This document shows, piece after piece, positions 15,426 to 28,100 of a stretch of 64,000 bases of DNA. This DNA is from Antedon mediterranea (taxonomy: Eukaryota; Animalia; Echinodermata), in NCBI RefSeq assembly GCF_964355755.1, contig NC_092670.1, forward strand, positions 24,538,795-24,602,794. Reading direction: 5' to 3'. Position numbers and translations under genes: made by a program. The notes beneath the pieces were generated by a model. It had not been told where the DNA came from. It made no database searches and was given only the letters and a program-made list of their open reading frames with translations. Every line of letters begins with the position of its first letter. Position 1 is the first letter of the stretch.

Positions 15426-15979
15426 CCTAGATGGTTATAGTTATATAAAATAATAGTAGCTTCGAAAGTCACTTTGTTTTGTTTACTTCTGACATAAATT
15501 GTATATTACGCGTCGACAACCAGTCAGTACATTTCAAATTTACTTTATTATGTTTTAATTCAACATTTTCCTTGCTAAATTTCATGTAGAATTGCATTTT
15601 GTGTTTTGTTTATTTTGCATACCGTAACGTAGCTGGATTGAAAGGAGTTGCATGGGACGGAGGACAAAGTTTGTGTGTCATGGCAAGGCGAGGTCAGGGT
15701 CCTGTTAGATTGCCTTGGTCGTATACAACTCCTCTTTGATTCTTTCTTACGTCTCTATCACGATGCATCAATTTCAGAGAAATATGCAAAAGAAGAGTTT
15801 GAATATACCTTTCATTAACATGAATGATGAATGATTATAATAACAACCTTTGCTCACCGTAATATTTATTTCATATATTCTTGAAAATTATATTAAATTT
15901 TCTATCAGACAAAAGCATTCAACTTATCAAACAACAGCAACATTGTTGGTAATTATGCCTTAAAATTCATATTTCCATT

Positions 15980-16848
15980 TTAGGAACAACCTGGAACGTT
16001 GTATGCATGATCACACACACCAATGTTAGGATTGAACACAGTACCCGGTGCACAAGATCTGTGCCACATCCTACCACCATTACATTCATAATAGTATGAA
16101 CAATCGTGTGAATCGGCGAATAAACCGTCTTGTTCACATTTGAAAGAATCACCATCTCCTCCACCATCTAGAAAACGAAATCAACATTAACCAATCAATA
16201 TTAGGAAACTGAGACATCAGCTGGTTTCAGGGTGTTTAATCGTTGTGAGTGGCCTCATCACCCAATATTCCAAGGCCAATACAATGTAAGATTAATCTAT
16301 TGCCTTTAATATGTTTTCATTCATTTTTAAATGAATTTAATAATTTGTTTTCTCTGATTTTTTGTTATGTTTATGCGGCACTTTTTCGTCCATTTTTCTA
16401 AATTATCTCTTGCCATTATTGTTTTTGTTACTTTTTGTCTTTTGGACGTAAATACATGTTTTTTTAACTGAATTGAATACATCATGGACGAAAAAAATAA
16501 ATAAATCATTTCCTCCATGGCATAAGATACGATAAGATAATAAGATTTATAGAGCGCACATATATCCACAAAGTGCTCATAAACTTACTTTGCTGATCAT
16601 CTTGCAACCTGATTTTATACATTTGTTTATAGGAAAGTAAAATTTCATTTTTTCCTGATTTTTTAAAATGTTAACATCATTCGATTCACTCGTCGACGCA
16701 TGGAATTTCGATTTCTACCACTCCATATTTCCGAAACTGGAAGTCAAAATGTGTCTTCCCTCTCATATTTAATTTACTTTGATTGCTTTAAACTTAACTT
16801 ACCCGCAAAGGTGAAGCAGAGAACTGCAACAAAAATGAACGCCCTCAT
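15980..16848 (-). CDS. Predicted 77-aa secreted stand-alone CBM14 protein (chitinase-derived mini-gene); coding exons 16803-16848 and 15980-16167
   Basis: Signal exon [15 protein letters not shown] with intact phase-1 donor; CBM14 exon with intact phase-1 acceptor, six Cys and TAA. Expression is unknown, so it could be a pseudogene. Confidence 0.6.
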
Positions 16849-18225
16849 CTCGGTAAATATACCTATAAAAAAGAAAACATCCACATGCATCGTTTACAGT
16901 AAATGAAATATAGGTTTAGAAATACAGTTTAACGAATTGTATAACGGCAGGAGATACAAATAATGACACTAAAACATAGGACATCACGTTGACGCGCTTG
17001 TGTGTTTTCCTAGGCGGTGTAAAAGAGTTACAAAACTAAAAACCTACACACAATCATAAAGAAAGTTATACCAGGGAAGAGTTAAATTACAATGTAATTT
17101 AACTCTTCCCTGATTATACTTTATTTTTATTTTATTTTATTTTATTCAATTTCCAGGTAACATACAAAAATCATAAACAAGGTACGGCATCATTCAACAA
17201 AACAGAACAAAAGTACTATCAGCACCTGCGGGTAACCAAAAGTGGATCAGTTCAAAAGAACTGCACTGTCGAGTGGCTTTCCCAACTAATAGTACGAAAA
17301 ACGCAATAGACATAAAAATACAGTGATAGTCTAGATGAATTCGATATCAGTACCTGGTGATCGATTCTCAAAGTTAATATTGTTGTTCGAATGTTGTTTT
17401 TAATGCCCTTTTTATATACTTTGATAAGTATGCGTTTACATAATCATATCGAGGCATCGCGCAACATATGTTGTTATTGGTTTTTTGTGGGAAAACCACC
17501 ACACCACCCAAAATTGTGTCTTCACGCAGAGATGTGTATTTTCTGTGGATTAATGTTAAGCTTCAATACTAATGGATCGTGGGATGCAAACCTGAACAAA
17601 GATTTTCTTTTTATAAACTTGTATTCAAGTATGTAATCTTCATATTGTTCCATTGTAAAAGTTGTGATTTTTTTTTTAAGATCTTAATTTAAGATTAGGA
17701 TCTTAAGGCTACAAGAAATAAACTTTTCTCTGTAAGATCGCTGCAAACTATTATAAGTAAGAGAGTTTGTACGTTTGTTTGTGTGTTTGTTTGTTTGTGT
17801 GTTTGTGTGCTTGTTTGTTTGCTTCTTTGTTCGTTGTTACATAACCTTACATATGGGGTATCAAAATGACCGCAATTGTACCGGGAAACTACATTTGAAC
17901 ATCATCCGCCATTTAGGATCCAAATTAGAGGGGCCAAAATATGGTCAAAATGACCCACTTTTCCCCACTATCGATGTTTGTTCGTTATAAAAATGTCTGT
18001 TTATGCACGTAACCATATAACATATGACCGCAATTGTACCGGGAAGTTTTTTAACTACATTTAAAAAATTCCATGAATCCGGGTTTTTTTTTTAAGGGGG
18101 AGGGGGGTGGGTGGGGAGCTGACTGGGAGATGGAGATACTGGAATTAGGAGGTGATAGAAGTACAACATAGGCCTAATTAGAATTGTAGGTTTGGTAATT
18201 GTGGCGGGATAGGGAGAGGAGAAAG
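16391..18225 (-). repeat. Recent duplicate of the chitinase 5' region with an internal deletion
   Basis: 16391-16594 matches 44699-44901, and 16593-18225 matches about 47195-48628, both nearly identical. They are joined at a CT microhomology. Confidence 0.92.
17122..17350 (-). mobile_element. Short retroposon 3' fragment with (AAAAT)n tail, inserted next to the duplicated exon-1 donor
   Basis: Absent from the parental site at 47711-47723; tail reads (TTTTA)n on the plus strand. Confidence 0.6.
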
Positions 18226-18519
18226 TTCATCATCTCTATCTATAAAAACGAAAAGACTAATCCACAACATTATATAGCAGGGAAAATGCTGTAATCTCAC
18301 TATTCCTTGATTAATTCATTCACATTTATTCAGTAATATATTTACATTATATAAAATATTGCAGAACAAAGTTTATTTCCTGTAGTCGTAAGATCCTTTG
18401 AAAAAAAGAAATATCACTAAGAAAATCATAAAATAGGCCTAAAGTTGAGGAAGAAAACAAAAAGTATAAAAGTAAATAATATATCGAGATAGCAAAAACA
18501 TATGGTGACGATACAATCT

Positions 18520-20230
18520 ACCCACAGTTAGAAACTATTTGCTAATGGCAATATGGAATATAGGAATTCGTGGTAGATTATAATATTATGAGTAGCTTGT
18601 ACGACAATGCCAAGGTGCAAGTAAGATTTGGTGACATTGAAAGACAGTCTTTTGATATAAGAAGGTGTTAAGCAAGGGTGTGTCCTTTCCCCAACCCTGT
18701 TTTGCATAATAATGAATGAACTCACTAAATTATTACGAGAACACGCGTTAGGTGTGCGCATACACGATATCTGCATGGGTAGTCTTTTTTGGGCCGACGA
18801 TATCGTATTTTTAGCAGATAGCGAAAAAGAACTCAATAAAATGTTAGATTTAGTATCCTTATTTGCTAAAAAATGAAAATTTAATTTTAATAGTGAAAAG
18901 TCAAATGTTTTGATAATAGGCCAGAATTTGAATAGTGAAAAACTTTGGAAATTGGGGGATACTTTTATATCTGAAGTTGAAACATATAAGTATCTTATAC
19001 ATTTCTAGAAATCTAAGACAATTTCTACATCAATCAAGTTATCAAAAAGGGTAATAGGATCATTGCGTACATTAAATCTATTATAGATAGACTCAATAAT
19101 TTTGATCGTGTTGTATATGGAGATATCCTTTGGAGAAGTATCGGCCTTCTGACTATTAACTATGCTTGTGCTGTATGTGTTAATACAAATACTAAAGACA
19201 TACAAAGGATTGAGTCTCTTCAATTACAAATGGCGCGAACAATTCTTAAAGCGAGTAGAAGCACTGCAAAAGAGGCACTTTATGGCGATCTAGGTTGGCA
19301 ACCAATTAAAGTAACTCAGGATATTTTTAAATCAAAATATATGAAAGAAGAAATGTTATGTGTATGGAAATGAATCGTTGGCCAAAACTTATATTGTACA
19401 GGTACTGATATTGATATAAACTGGGTCAAGACATTTGAAAATACAATTAAACAACCGTATTCTACTATTTGGAAACAAGAAGTAGTAAGAAAATCATCTT
19501 TGCTTTATTACTCTTTGATAAAAGAGTCACCTGGCCTAGAACCTTACCTATTGGATAAAACAAATTTTTATGGCTCAAGTTTAAAATTTAAACTTCGTTC
19601 AAACACTTTACCACTTGGAAAAATTACAAATAAGTGGAACATTGATAATCTAAATGATAAGTGTAAGGTTTGTGGGTCAGGTGAAGAAGATGTTATTTGT
19701 AGTAAGTTACATTGTATTAGAATTGAAGAATTGCAAACACTTCAACGTAATCGTATTGCAATAAATTGTGTAGATACTTGAGTTAATTTTATTTCTGGTG
19801 ACCTATCTATTAAGGTTCAATATGTCCTAGGAAGCACGTTATTTCATAAAAATAACTCTCACGACATTTATACTGTGTTTGACAGTTATTGTAAAATGTA
19901 CACAAGCCGTGCTTGGAAACTAAGAAATGCAATTTGTATTACAACTTTGAACTATTTTATTTTTTAAAAAGTGTTTTCTTTTCCATTGCTGTTGCAAAAT
20001 TAGTAGTTGTATTAGTCTAGTTTTAGTTTGAAAATAAGTTTTGTAATAGCGTCGAGTCAAATTTTATGTCGTTATCTCAAATATGTTTTATTTTAGTTTC
20101 AGTTTGTATTTTCCTTTGTTATATTAAATTTTGTAATTGGTATGATTGGTATTGGTATTGGTATTGGTATCTACGTATGTGTGCCACTGTTAAAAAAATG
20201 TTGTTTCAAGTAAATATTATTACTATTATT
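18520..20230 (+). mobile_element. Decayed 3' LINE fragment related to 26029-30848
   Basis: GVKQGCVLSP, FWADD and [10 protein letters not shown] motifs; 3' GTGTGCCACTGTT and TTA tail. Confidence 0.82.
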
Positions 20231-20252
20231 AGTTAAAAAAATAGAGACTTAC

Positions 20253-20405
20253 CTTGATGATAGATTATATTTAATATCAAAGTTGAAATTGATTGCTCTA
20301 GTTGTTCTTGAATCTTTATATAGTCTCTGGATACTGTTATCTCCACGAGACATCGACATCAATGTTGGCTATCCCTTCCTGATTTTGTGGAAAACCAACA
20401 CACCT
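20253..20405 (-). promoter_or_regulatory. Diverged paralogous chitinase promoter and exon 1
   Basis: AAG|gtaagt donor at 20253/20252 and TATATAAAG at 20314-20322. The motifs tcaaagtt...att and ttttgtgg(g)aaaacca.cacacc are shared with 47723-47880. Confidence 0.6.
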
Positions 20406-20469
20406 TCTAAAGGATAGTCAGTTCAATTATGATGCGTTCACATTTCGAGAATGGTCGATATTGTTCGTT

Positions 20470-20665
20470 TTTATTTCACAATGCATCAAACTTAATATTT
20501 TTACAGAATAATTCAAAGTATTAAATAAAAAAAATGCAAAGCCTGGAAAAGACCAAATAAGCTCAATATTAGAGCTTTAAGCCTGGTTTCACCAGTACAA
20601 AATACACTAATAAATGTATCAAATACAATAAACAATAATTAAATATTAAATAAAGTAGTAGAAAT

Positions 20666-20696
<31 letters not shown>

Positions 20697-21000
20697 GATT
20701 TAATACACAATTACGAATTACGCTAAAGGACAACACAAACACAACAAAAGGAAAAACGTAAAGGGTATATGTACTATCATATATATTTGCAGGAGGTTAG
20801 AAAAAATAACTTTAATGAAAAAGTTTTATTAATGCGATCTGTATTGTGATAAAAGGAATTGTTTATAGTTGGATTTGAATATATTATTATTATTTAGTAA
20901 GGATTGACTTAAATTATTCCATACTAGAGGACCATGATATGTTATAGCACCATGACCTGCCTTATTTTCTGTGGTAAAATGAATCTTGGAATTGGGCGTA
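20470..21000 (-). mobile_element. 3' end of the same LINE family as 60905-64000
   Basis: Near identity to 60905-61100 and 61885-61960. Confidence 0.8.
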
Positions 21001-21966
21001 TAAACATTGGGTGCGGAATGTCTTTTTAACCTCTACAATATCGTTACTTTATGCAAGGACGACGTACGCACAATGCAAATAATTTGACCAATACAAATCT
21101 AAAATTCGAGTGATCCTTCCCTTAAGATTGGTCAACTTGTCTCGTCATTTTATCCTTGCTTCCAATTAACTGGAAACCACGCTTCAACGTAATAACAATG
21201 TCTAGTGAAAACCACTGATTTACTATGGCTCGGATCGTTTCAAAATAAACAAATTAATAAGAAATGAGTCAAGATTTTCATTATAATATTATTCATTATT
21301 ATATTATTATTTATTGTTAAATCATCATTAATAGTAAAACGTATTAAGTGATAACATTATTGTATTTTCTTTGTTTGTTGTTTAAGTGAACGCACCTTTA
21401 TTTATAGGTGTGCCGCTGTTATAAAAGCGTATGTTTAATAAAATAATATATATTTATATACAATTTAAATTCACCTCGTTCAACGATCTTCACGCTCAGT
21501 AGAGGCACATACTTTAATTGTTTAAAATGTATATCGTTATATATTTTTATACAGTTTTGTCTTAACATGATGCAATGTGTTTGTAGTTAGTTACTTTCTC
21601 GTACCGGTACAATATTGATGTTTTATCGTAATGTTCTGGTCAACTACCATCGTACAGTGATCGGCGTCTCTTTGTTTTCCTTTATCCTGCCATCCTTCAG
21701 ATAAATCATTTAATATCCAGACATTTTGCTTCCTCTCGGTTTCCAGAAATCTCCAGATGAAAGTTTTTGCAATAATTTAATTAACCAGTATTGGAATTAA
21801 ATGAACTAAAAATATACAATAATACATTTATTGTTCAAATAAGGTTTATTTTTTATCATATTGAAATCAGACAAAACTCTCAAATAATTTTAAAAGTAAC
21901 AATTGGAAAAATGATAATCTTTTATTCATTCTTGATTGTGGTTAAGCCATTATATGTGTTCCCATT

Positions 21967-22154
21967 TTAGGAACAACCTGGAACATTGGCGGGCCAATCA
22001 CATGCACTATTGGCTGGGTTGAAAACAGTGCCACTTCCGCAAGGTTTGTGCCACATGTTACCGCCCGAACATTGATAATAGTATGCGCAATCGTCTGGAT
22101 CGGCAAATACACCGTCTTGTTGGCATGTGAACGAACCACCACCTCCTCCACCAT
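21967..22154 (-). CDS. Chitinase exon 10, CBM14 chitin-binding domain to stop
   Basis: Spliced frame reads [61 protein letters not shown]. The ORF-track entry here is in a different frame. Confidence 0.93.
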
Positions 22155-25100
22155 CTAGAATACAATATAAACTGTCATTAACTAACCATTTAAATTTAGT
22201 AGAGTTATTTAAAATCCGTTTGCTGCTTTATGTCGTAGGGCTATCTGCATATTTAACTATACTCAGACGCGTAACGCAGAGACATGAAGCCCCTGGTTTT
22301 GGAACCCTAAGTGGCCCTCCAACGCTGGAGGCCTCGGACGTATTTAGCCATTTTCGACATATTTTAATGTCTTCCTCTGGGCACTGCTCAGAGGCCGACA
22401 TTAGCTCCGGGTTTAGCCAGAGAACTGATTATACTGAAGTTATTTTTTCCGACTCCAATTATTCATCAGTCACATATAGTTCGTAAATAATAATATTCTT
22501 TATTCATTTCTAAAATAAAGACATTAAATTATTTCTTTTTTCTTTCATTCATCATTGATTTTATCTATTTTTATACTACATCATAGGCCTATATTTTTTC
22601 ACATATTTTGTACTACTTTGTAATTTCATTTTAATTGATATGTTTCAGTGTAGTTTTCTAATTTACAAATTCGTCACTTACTACTTTTGGTGGTTTGTGG
22701 AGCTGGTTTCTGTGTCACTATTGGTTTTGGTGTTACTACTGGTTTCGGTGTCACTACTGGTTTATTTGTGGTAGGTTTTGGTGGTGGGTCTGTAGGCACT
22801 GGTCCTGGACCTGATCCACCACCATCTAAAGCATTTTTTATCTGGTTGATAAGAGGATATTTGCCAGAATTACATTGTGAACCACTGAAGTCATCGAGAT
22901 CTAATGCCCATACGATCACACCTCCGTATCCATTTTCCTTCAGCCAGTCCAGCTAACGATGGTAAATAAGAAAAATCAAATCATAAGCAACCATTGATAC
23001 GTTTATTTATAATAATATAATATTATTATTGAAGAGAGAGTTTGCTGATGCTCATTTCAGAAAGGAAATTATATTGGTAATTAAAACCTAACCAATATTT
23101 TCTAGGTCGAAATGAAAAAATGAAATATGCAACTGTGGCTATACCTTTTACTGATATACTATTCTTACTGATTAGCGAAGTGTGTGTACCTTAATCTTAT
23201 AGCTGGTGAAGTCATCATAACCAACCCATTGGTTACCCTTGTACATATATGGAGCTTGTATATCACTGTCGAAAACTCTAGTCCCGCCAGTATCTTTCAT
23301 ACTGCAAGCCTAAAAATGTAAAATAGTCGAGTAGTCCTACTTTCAAATGTTGTTAACTAGTTAGTAAAAGAAACAGGTGGCGAATCATGGACTTTATTCG
23401 AAATAGCCCATTGAAATAATATGACTGAAATTATAATTAACAAAGAACATTAAATACACAGAGAATCACAGGATCCAATCAAACTAGAATTAGAATGTTT
23501 TTTTTTATCAAAAGGTTCAGAAGCATTTTTTAATGTTGTTGTTTTTACAGTTTGTCGTTTGTTTTTAAAGTCGAAATTGTTGTACATCAAAAATGTCATT
23601 AATTTTATTTTAAAATGCGGTTTTAATGTCTTCTATTAGTACGTCATTCCACTTTCGGAGTATAAACGTCATTTTGAAGGAATGACATAGGGGCAAGATT
23701 GATACACGTTATTTTTTTCCGATCGATATCGTAAGTAAGTTTAGAATTTAGTTGACTTTAATTAAGCACTAATCAGAAAATCGGGGTGGTGTCATTAGAT
23801 TGGTCTGAAAGCACAACTGTTATGTGTAATTTAATTTAGATAAATCCTTCGTTTAAAAAACTTTTTTTAATATAAATTTCTATCTGTGTGGGTGATAATT
23901 GAGCTTGTTGCGTATTACTGCTTAGGCTACCTCATAGTAGGAGATGAAACCCTTCTCCTTGGTGTAAATCCCGGCATTGCCTGCACCACTAGCTGAAGCA
24001 CCAATTCCATTATTTGCAGATGAGCTTAGTGTGAATGACCGGCCGTACGTTCCAAATCCAATCATGAGTTTATCCTTTGGGCATCCTCCATTCACCCATT
24101 TGTCAGCTGCCCAAGTCTAAGAATTAATTTGAAAATTTTTAATAATCTACACAAAATTAATTACAAGCTTAAATTGTTTTTGATGAATATGACGTAAACC
24201 AATGAGTTAATGAGTGAGGGTAGATCGTTACTAGTAATAACTAGAAAGCCACTCCGAGAGTGCATACCTCCGCCTACTGTAAAATTCTTCTACATAAGAT
24301 TTCTCCGGGAAAAAAAATGTATATTTATATATCTGTGTGTGTCTTAATGCTGTTTGTGATTTAGGCTAATTTCACTACAAGAATGTGTATGCGAGTTTGG
24401 AGTAATGGTTATGTAACAAAAGCCTTTCAATTAACAATAGCTTCAGTTGACTAACAATAGAAAAGCAACGCGAAAATCAAACGAGTGAAATTGAAAAGAA
24501 ATAGGTTTTTTAAACTACTCTCATCAGAAAAGGTGCAACATTAAATCAAATTATAAAATTACAAATCACCAATTATAACTCTTGCCTCTTGTACAAAAAT
24601 AAAGTTTTTTGGACAATAGAGAGAAATGGCGAACCGCGATGACGTCACTCAAATTTCACCGAGTGGGTATAGATTGTAAACAAACCATTTCGCCACATGT
24701 TTTTGTATTGGAAATTCCGGTGGGTTGAGTTAAAAAGGAAGGTAGAAAAGAACGTTTAAAACACACATAATAGCAGTATCTTTTTTTTGCAACACCCTTA
24801 ACAATTTTAATGTTATATGGGCAAATCTTAATATATTTTATTTTAATTTGGATTGAATTAAGACCCCTTTTTGTTATATACTGTACCCAGCTCTAGGCCC
24901 TAGAGATAGTTGGCCTGTATGCTGTAGTACCTCGAGCCTAGCTTGCATACTGTACTACTACTACTACTACTTTAGCTAGGGTGCTGCTAGGCCTCTCCTA
25001 GCTAGGTAGTAAGACTAAATAGAGCATCTCTAGTAGATGTAGGCCTAGCATTAGTTTCAGCTTGACAACTGCCATTTTGTTATGTGGCTAGTGATGCTTC

Positions 25101-28100
25101 CTGCATGGGGAGGGGAGGGGAGGGGGGTGGGGCTACCGCCAGTAATGAATACTTGATAACACCATTCTACTATAATACTATAGGCCTAGTCTAATGTAGA
25201 CCTACAGATATGAGATATTTTTAGGAATATGATTGTGAATGATGGATGACTTTTATACATATTTCATTGTTTTATTGTGTAAATACACAAATACAACAAG
25301 AATTATGATGAGTGTTACAGCAACAACGTTGGTTAGACGACGCCATGATTCACGTGTATAAACATAGGAAATGTGTCGCCCTCAACGGTTTGTTATGATT
25401 TTATACCCACTCGGATTTTAGACGTCGGTTCGCCATTTCTCTCTATTAGTTCTCGAAAAATGCAGTTTTCAGTACAGTATTTTAAGACTGCTCGCCGGTT
25501 TTTGAAAATTGTCTCCTATCTTTTAACACTAGCCGGTCAGAAAATAATATCATTTTTGTTATTTGTGAAGTTATTAATAAACCAATTTTGTTGATTTTCA
25601 ATAGACATGATCAGAAAGTATATACCTATCTACACCCAAAAAAATTCAGAAAGATAACTTGAAAACTGTAGGCGCTATCGTGCTAACAAACAAACATACA
25701 TACATACAAACAAAGTGAATACTATACTTGGCAAAATTCTTTTTGCCAAGTAACAAACAAACAAACATAGGCCTACATACATACAAACATACAAACATAC
25801 ATACATACATACAAACATACAAACAAAGTAAATACTATACTTGGCAAAATTCTTTTTTTTTTCAAGTAACAAACACACAAACAAAGTAAATACTATACCT
25901 GGCAAAATTCGTTTTTGCCAAGTAACAAACATACAAACATATATACAAACATACAAACAAAGTAAATACTATACTTGGCAAAATTCGTTTTTGCCAAGTA
26001 ACAAACAAACATATAAACATACATACATTATGGTAAAATCTCTGTTAGATTTATTTAATAGAATCATCTTTTTTGAACACCCACCAGAAGACTGGAATTT
26101 AAGTTTAATTATTCCAATCTTTAAACATGGTGATAAGAGAGATTTGAACAATTATCGTGGAATCTCTCTTACATCTTGTGTATCAAAATTATTTAATAGA
26201 GTAATTGCTATGATGAATCAAACTATTTGGAATATGATAATGCACTGACGGAAGTACAGGGTGGTTTCAGGAAAGATCATAGGTGTGAGGACCATATTTT
26301 TGAAATGAAAAGTATAACTGCTTTAAGAAAAAAAAATGGAAAAAACACCTATCTAGCTTTCCTGGACTTCCGAAAGGCATTTGATTCCGTTTGGAGAGAT
26401 GGGCTCCTGAAAGCCATATGGAATATAGGAATAAGAGCACGTTTGTGGAGAATTATTGATAACATGTATGCAAATGTCAAAGGGAAAGTAAAATTTGGGG
26501 TTACTGTAACTAATGAATTTTCAATTGAACAAGGAGTTAGACAGGGATGTGTGCTATCTCCTATTCTGTTTTGTATATTTATCAATGAGCTCACAAAAAT
26601 TCTAAAATTAATTGATATAGGAGTTCATATTAATAACATATGGCAAGGAGCCCTTTTCTGGGCAGATGAAAATGAGCAACAAGACTCACATGTTACAGCA
26701 AATTTGCCATTGATTGGAAAATGCAATTTAACCCAACTAAATCAAATGTACTTGTTGTAGGTAAGAAAATAGATAAACAAAAGTTATGGAAATTAGGAGA
26801 CCAGTCGATAACTGAGTGTGAAGCGTATAAATATCTAGGTGTAATGATATCAAGAGGTGCAAATGACCATAGCCATGTAGAATATATTATACAAAAATGT
26901 AACCGACTCATAGGCTATATAAAAGCCGTAATTGGTAATTTAAAAAATTTTAATAGAGTATATTATGGTGATATCCTCTGGCGAACAATTGCACTCCCAT
27001 CAATAAATTATGGTAGTACTATTTGGGTTGGTAGCAAAAGTGATTGTGAAAGAATTGAAAGACTACAATTACAAACGGCAAGGTTTATCCTTAAGGCCTC
27101 TCGGAATACCCCTTGTGCTACTCTTTATGGGGAACAGGAATGATGAGCTCGTAACAGACACACACATCGGCTATCTGATCCGTCAATAATGATACTTAAA
27201 ATACAGCCATCTATTAAAAAACCAACTCACATTTGAATATATATATATAAACGGTGAATACAACTGCACGTCAACATGAGCCGAGAAAGAAGAAATAACA
27301 AAAAAGATAAAGAAAAAGATCGAGTTCTACTAGCCCCAGAATCATCAACTCTTGACTCTGAATGCGGGGACCCTGACGGAACCGAAGCAACAGAAGTGGG
27401 TATGCTGAGGCGGGAACTTCGAACATTTCAAACCATCATCAAGGGTAAGCTAAACTCGATCATTTTAAATCAAGAGGCCTTACTTAAACGAATTGACAAG
27501 ATCGAACATAAACAAACGGAACTAGAAAAATCGATCGCATTTACCAGTGATTCAATCGTAGAGATAGAGAAGAAAATCGTATCATTTTGTACGGACATTG
27601 AAGCGGTTAAGACATCAATGGACGCCGACCGGAACAACGTAACATTACTTCAAAATCAAATCCTTAAACTTGAGAGATACTCTAGAAGTTTTAATTTGAG
27701 ATTCGGTGGAATTAAAGAAAGTATAGATGAAATTCCAATTGAGAAAATTAATGAAATTATAAAGAACGATCTGAAACTACCGAACATTACAGTCGAAAAT
27801 GCCCACCGTACAGGCAAACCCCGTACTTCACCGACCGGAGCACCTAGACATATTATCGCTAAATTCCTGTTTCGACCGCAACGCTACCAAGTACTGATGC
27901 AAGCCAAAACAGGTCATGTGTTGAAAAATAAGGGGATCTTCGTACTAGAGGACTTACCAGAAACTGACCTTAAAAAGAAACGTAATCTCAGAGAAATAAT
28001 GGCAAAAGCATACGGAGAAAGGAAACGACCAGTGTTTAGAAACGGGAACCTCTATATTAACGGAAAACTCCACTCATAAGCCGTTCATACGACTTTTGTT

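Noticed and set aside
17391-17636. Duplicated 80-aa ORF (also 47764-48003)
   Set aside because: It is an antisense reading of the duplicated promoter region with no protein motif.
21942-22154. ORF-track proteins MVEEVVV... (and MVEEMVI... at 15967-16167)
   Set aside because: These are wrong-frame readings of the CBM14 exons; the spliced frame gives the six-Cys domain.
25715-26010. Palindromic repeat TACTTGGCAAAATTCTTTTTGCCAAGTA with spacers, resembling a CRISPR array (also 30865-30980)
   Set aside because: The spacers are (CAAA/CATA)n microsatellite, there are no cas genes, and it lies inside a HINE-like element in a eukaryotic intron.
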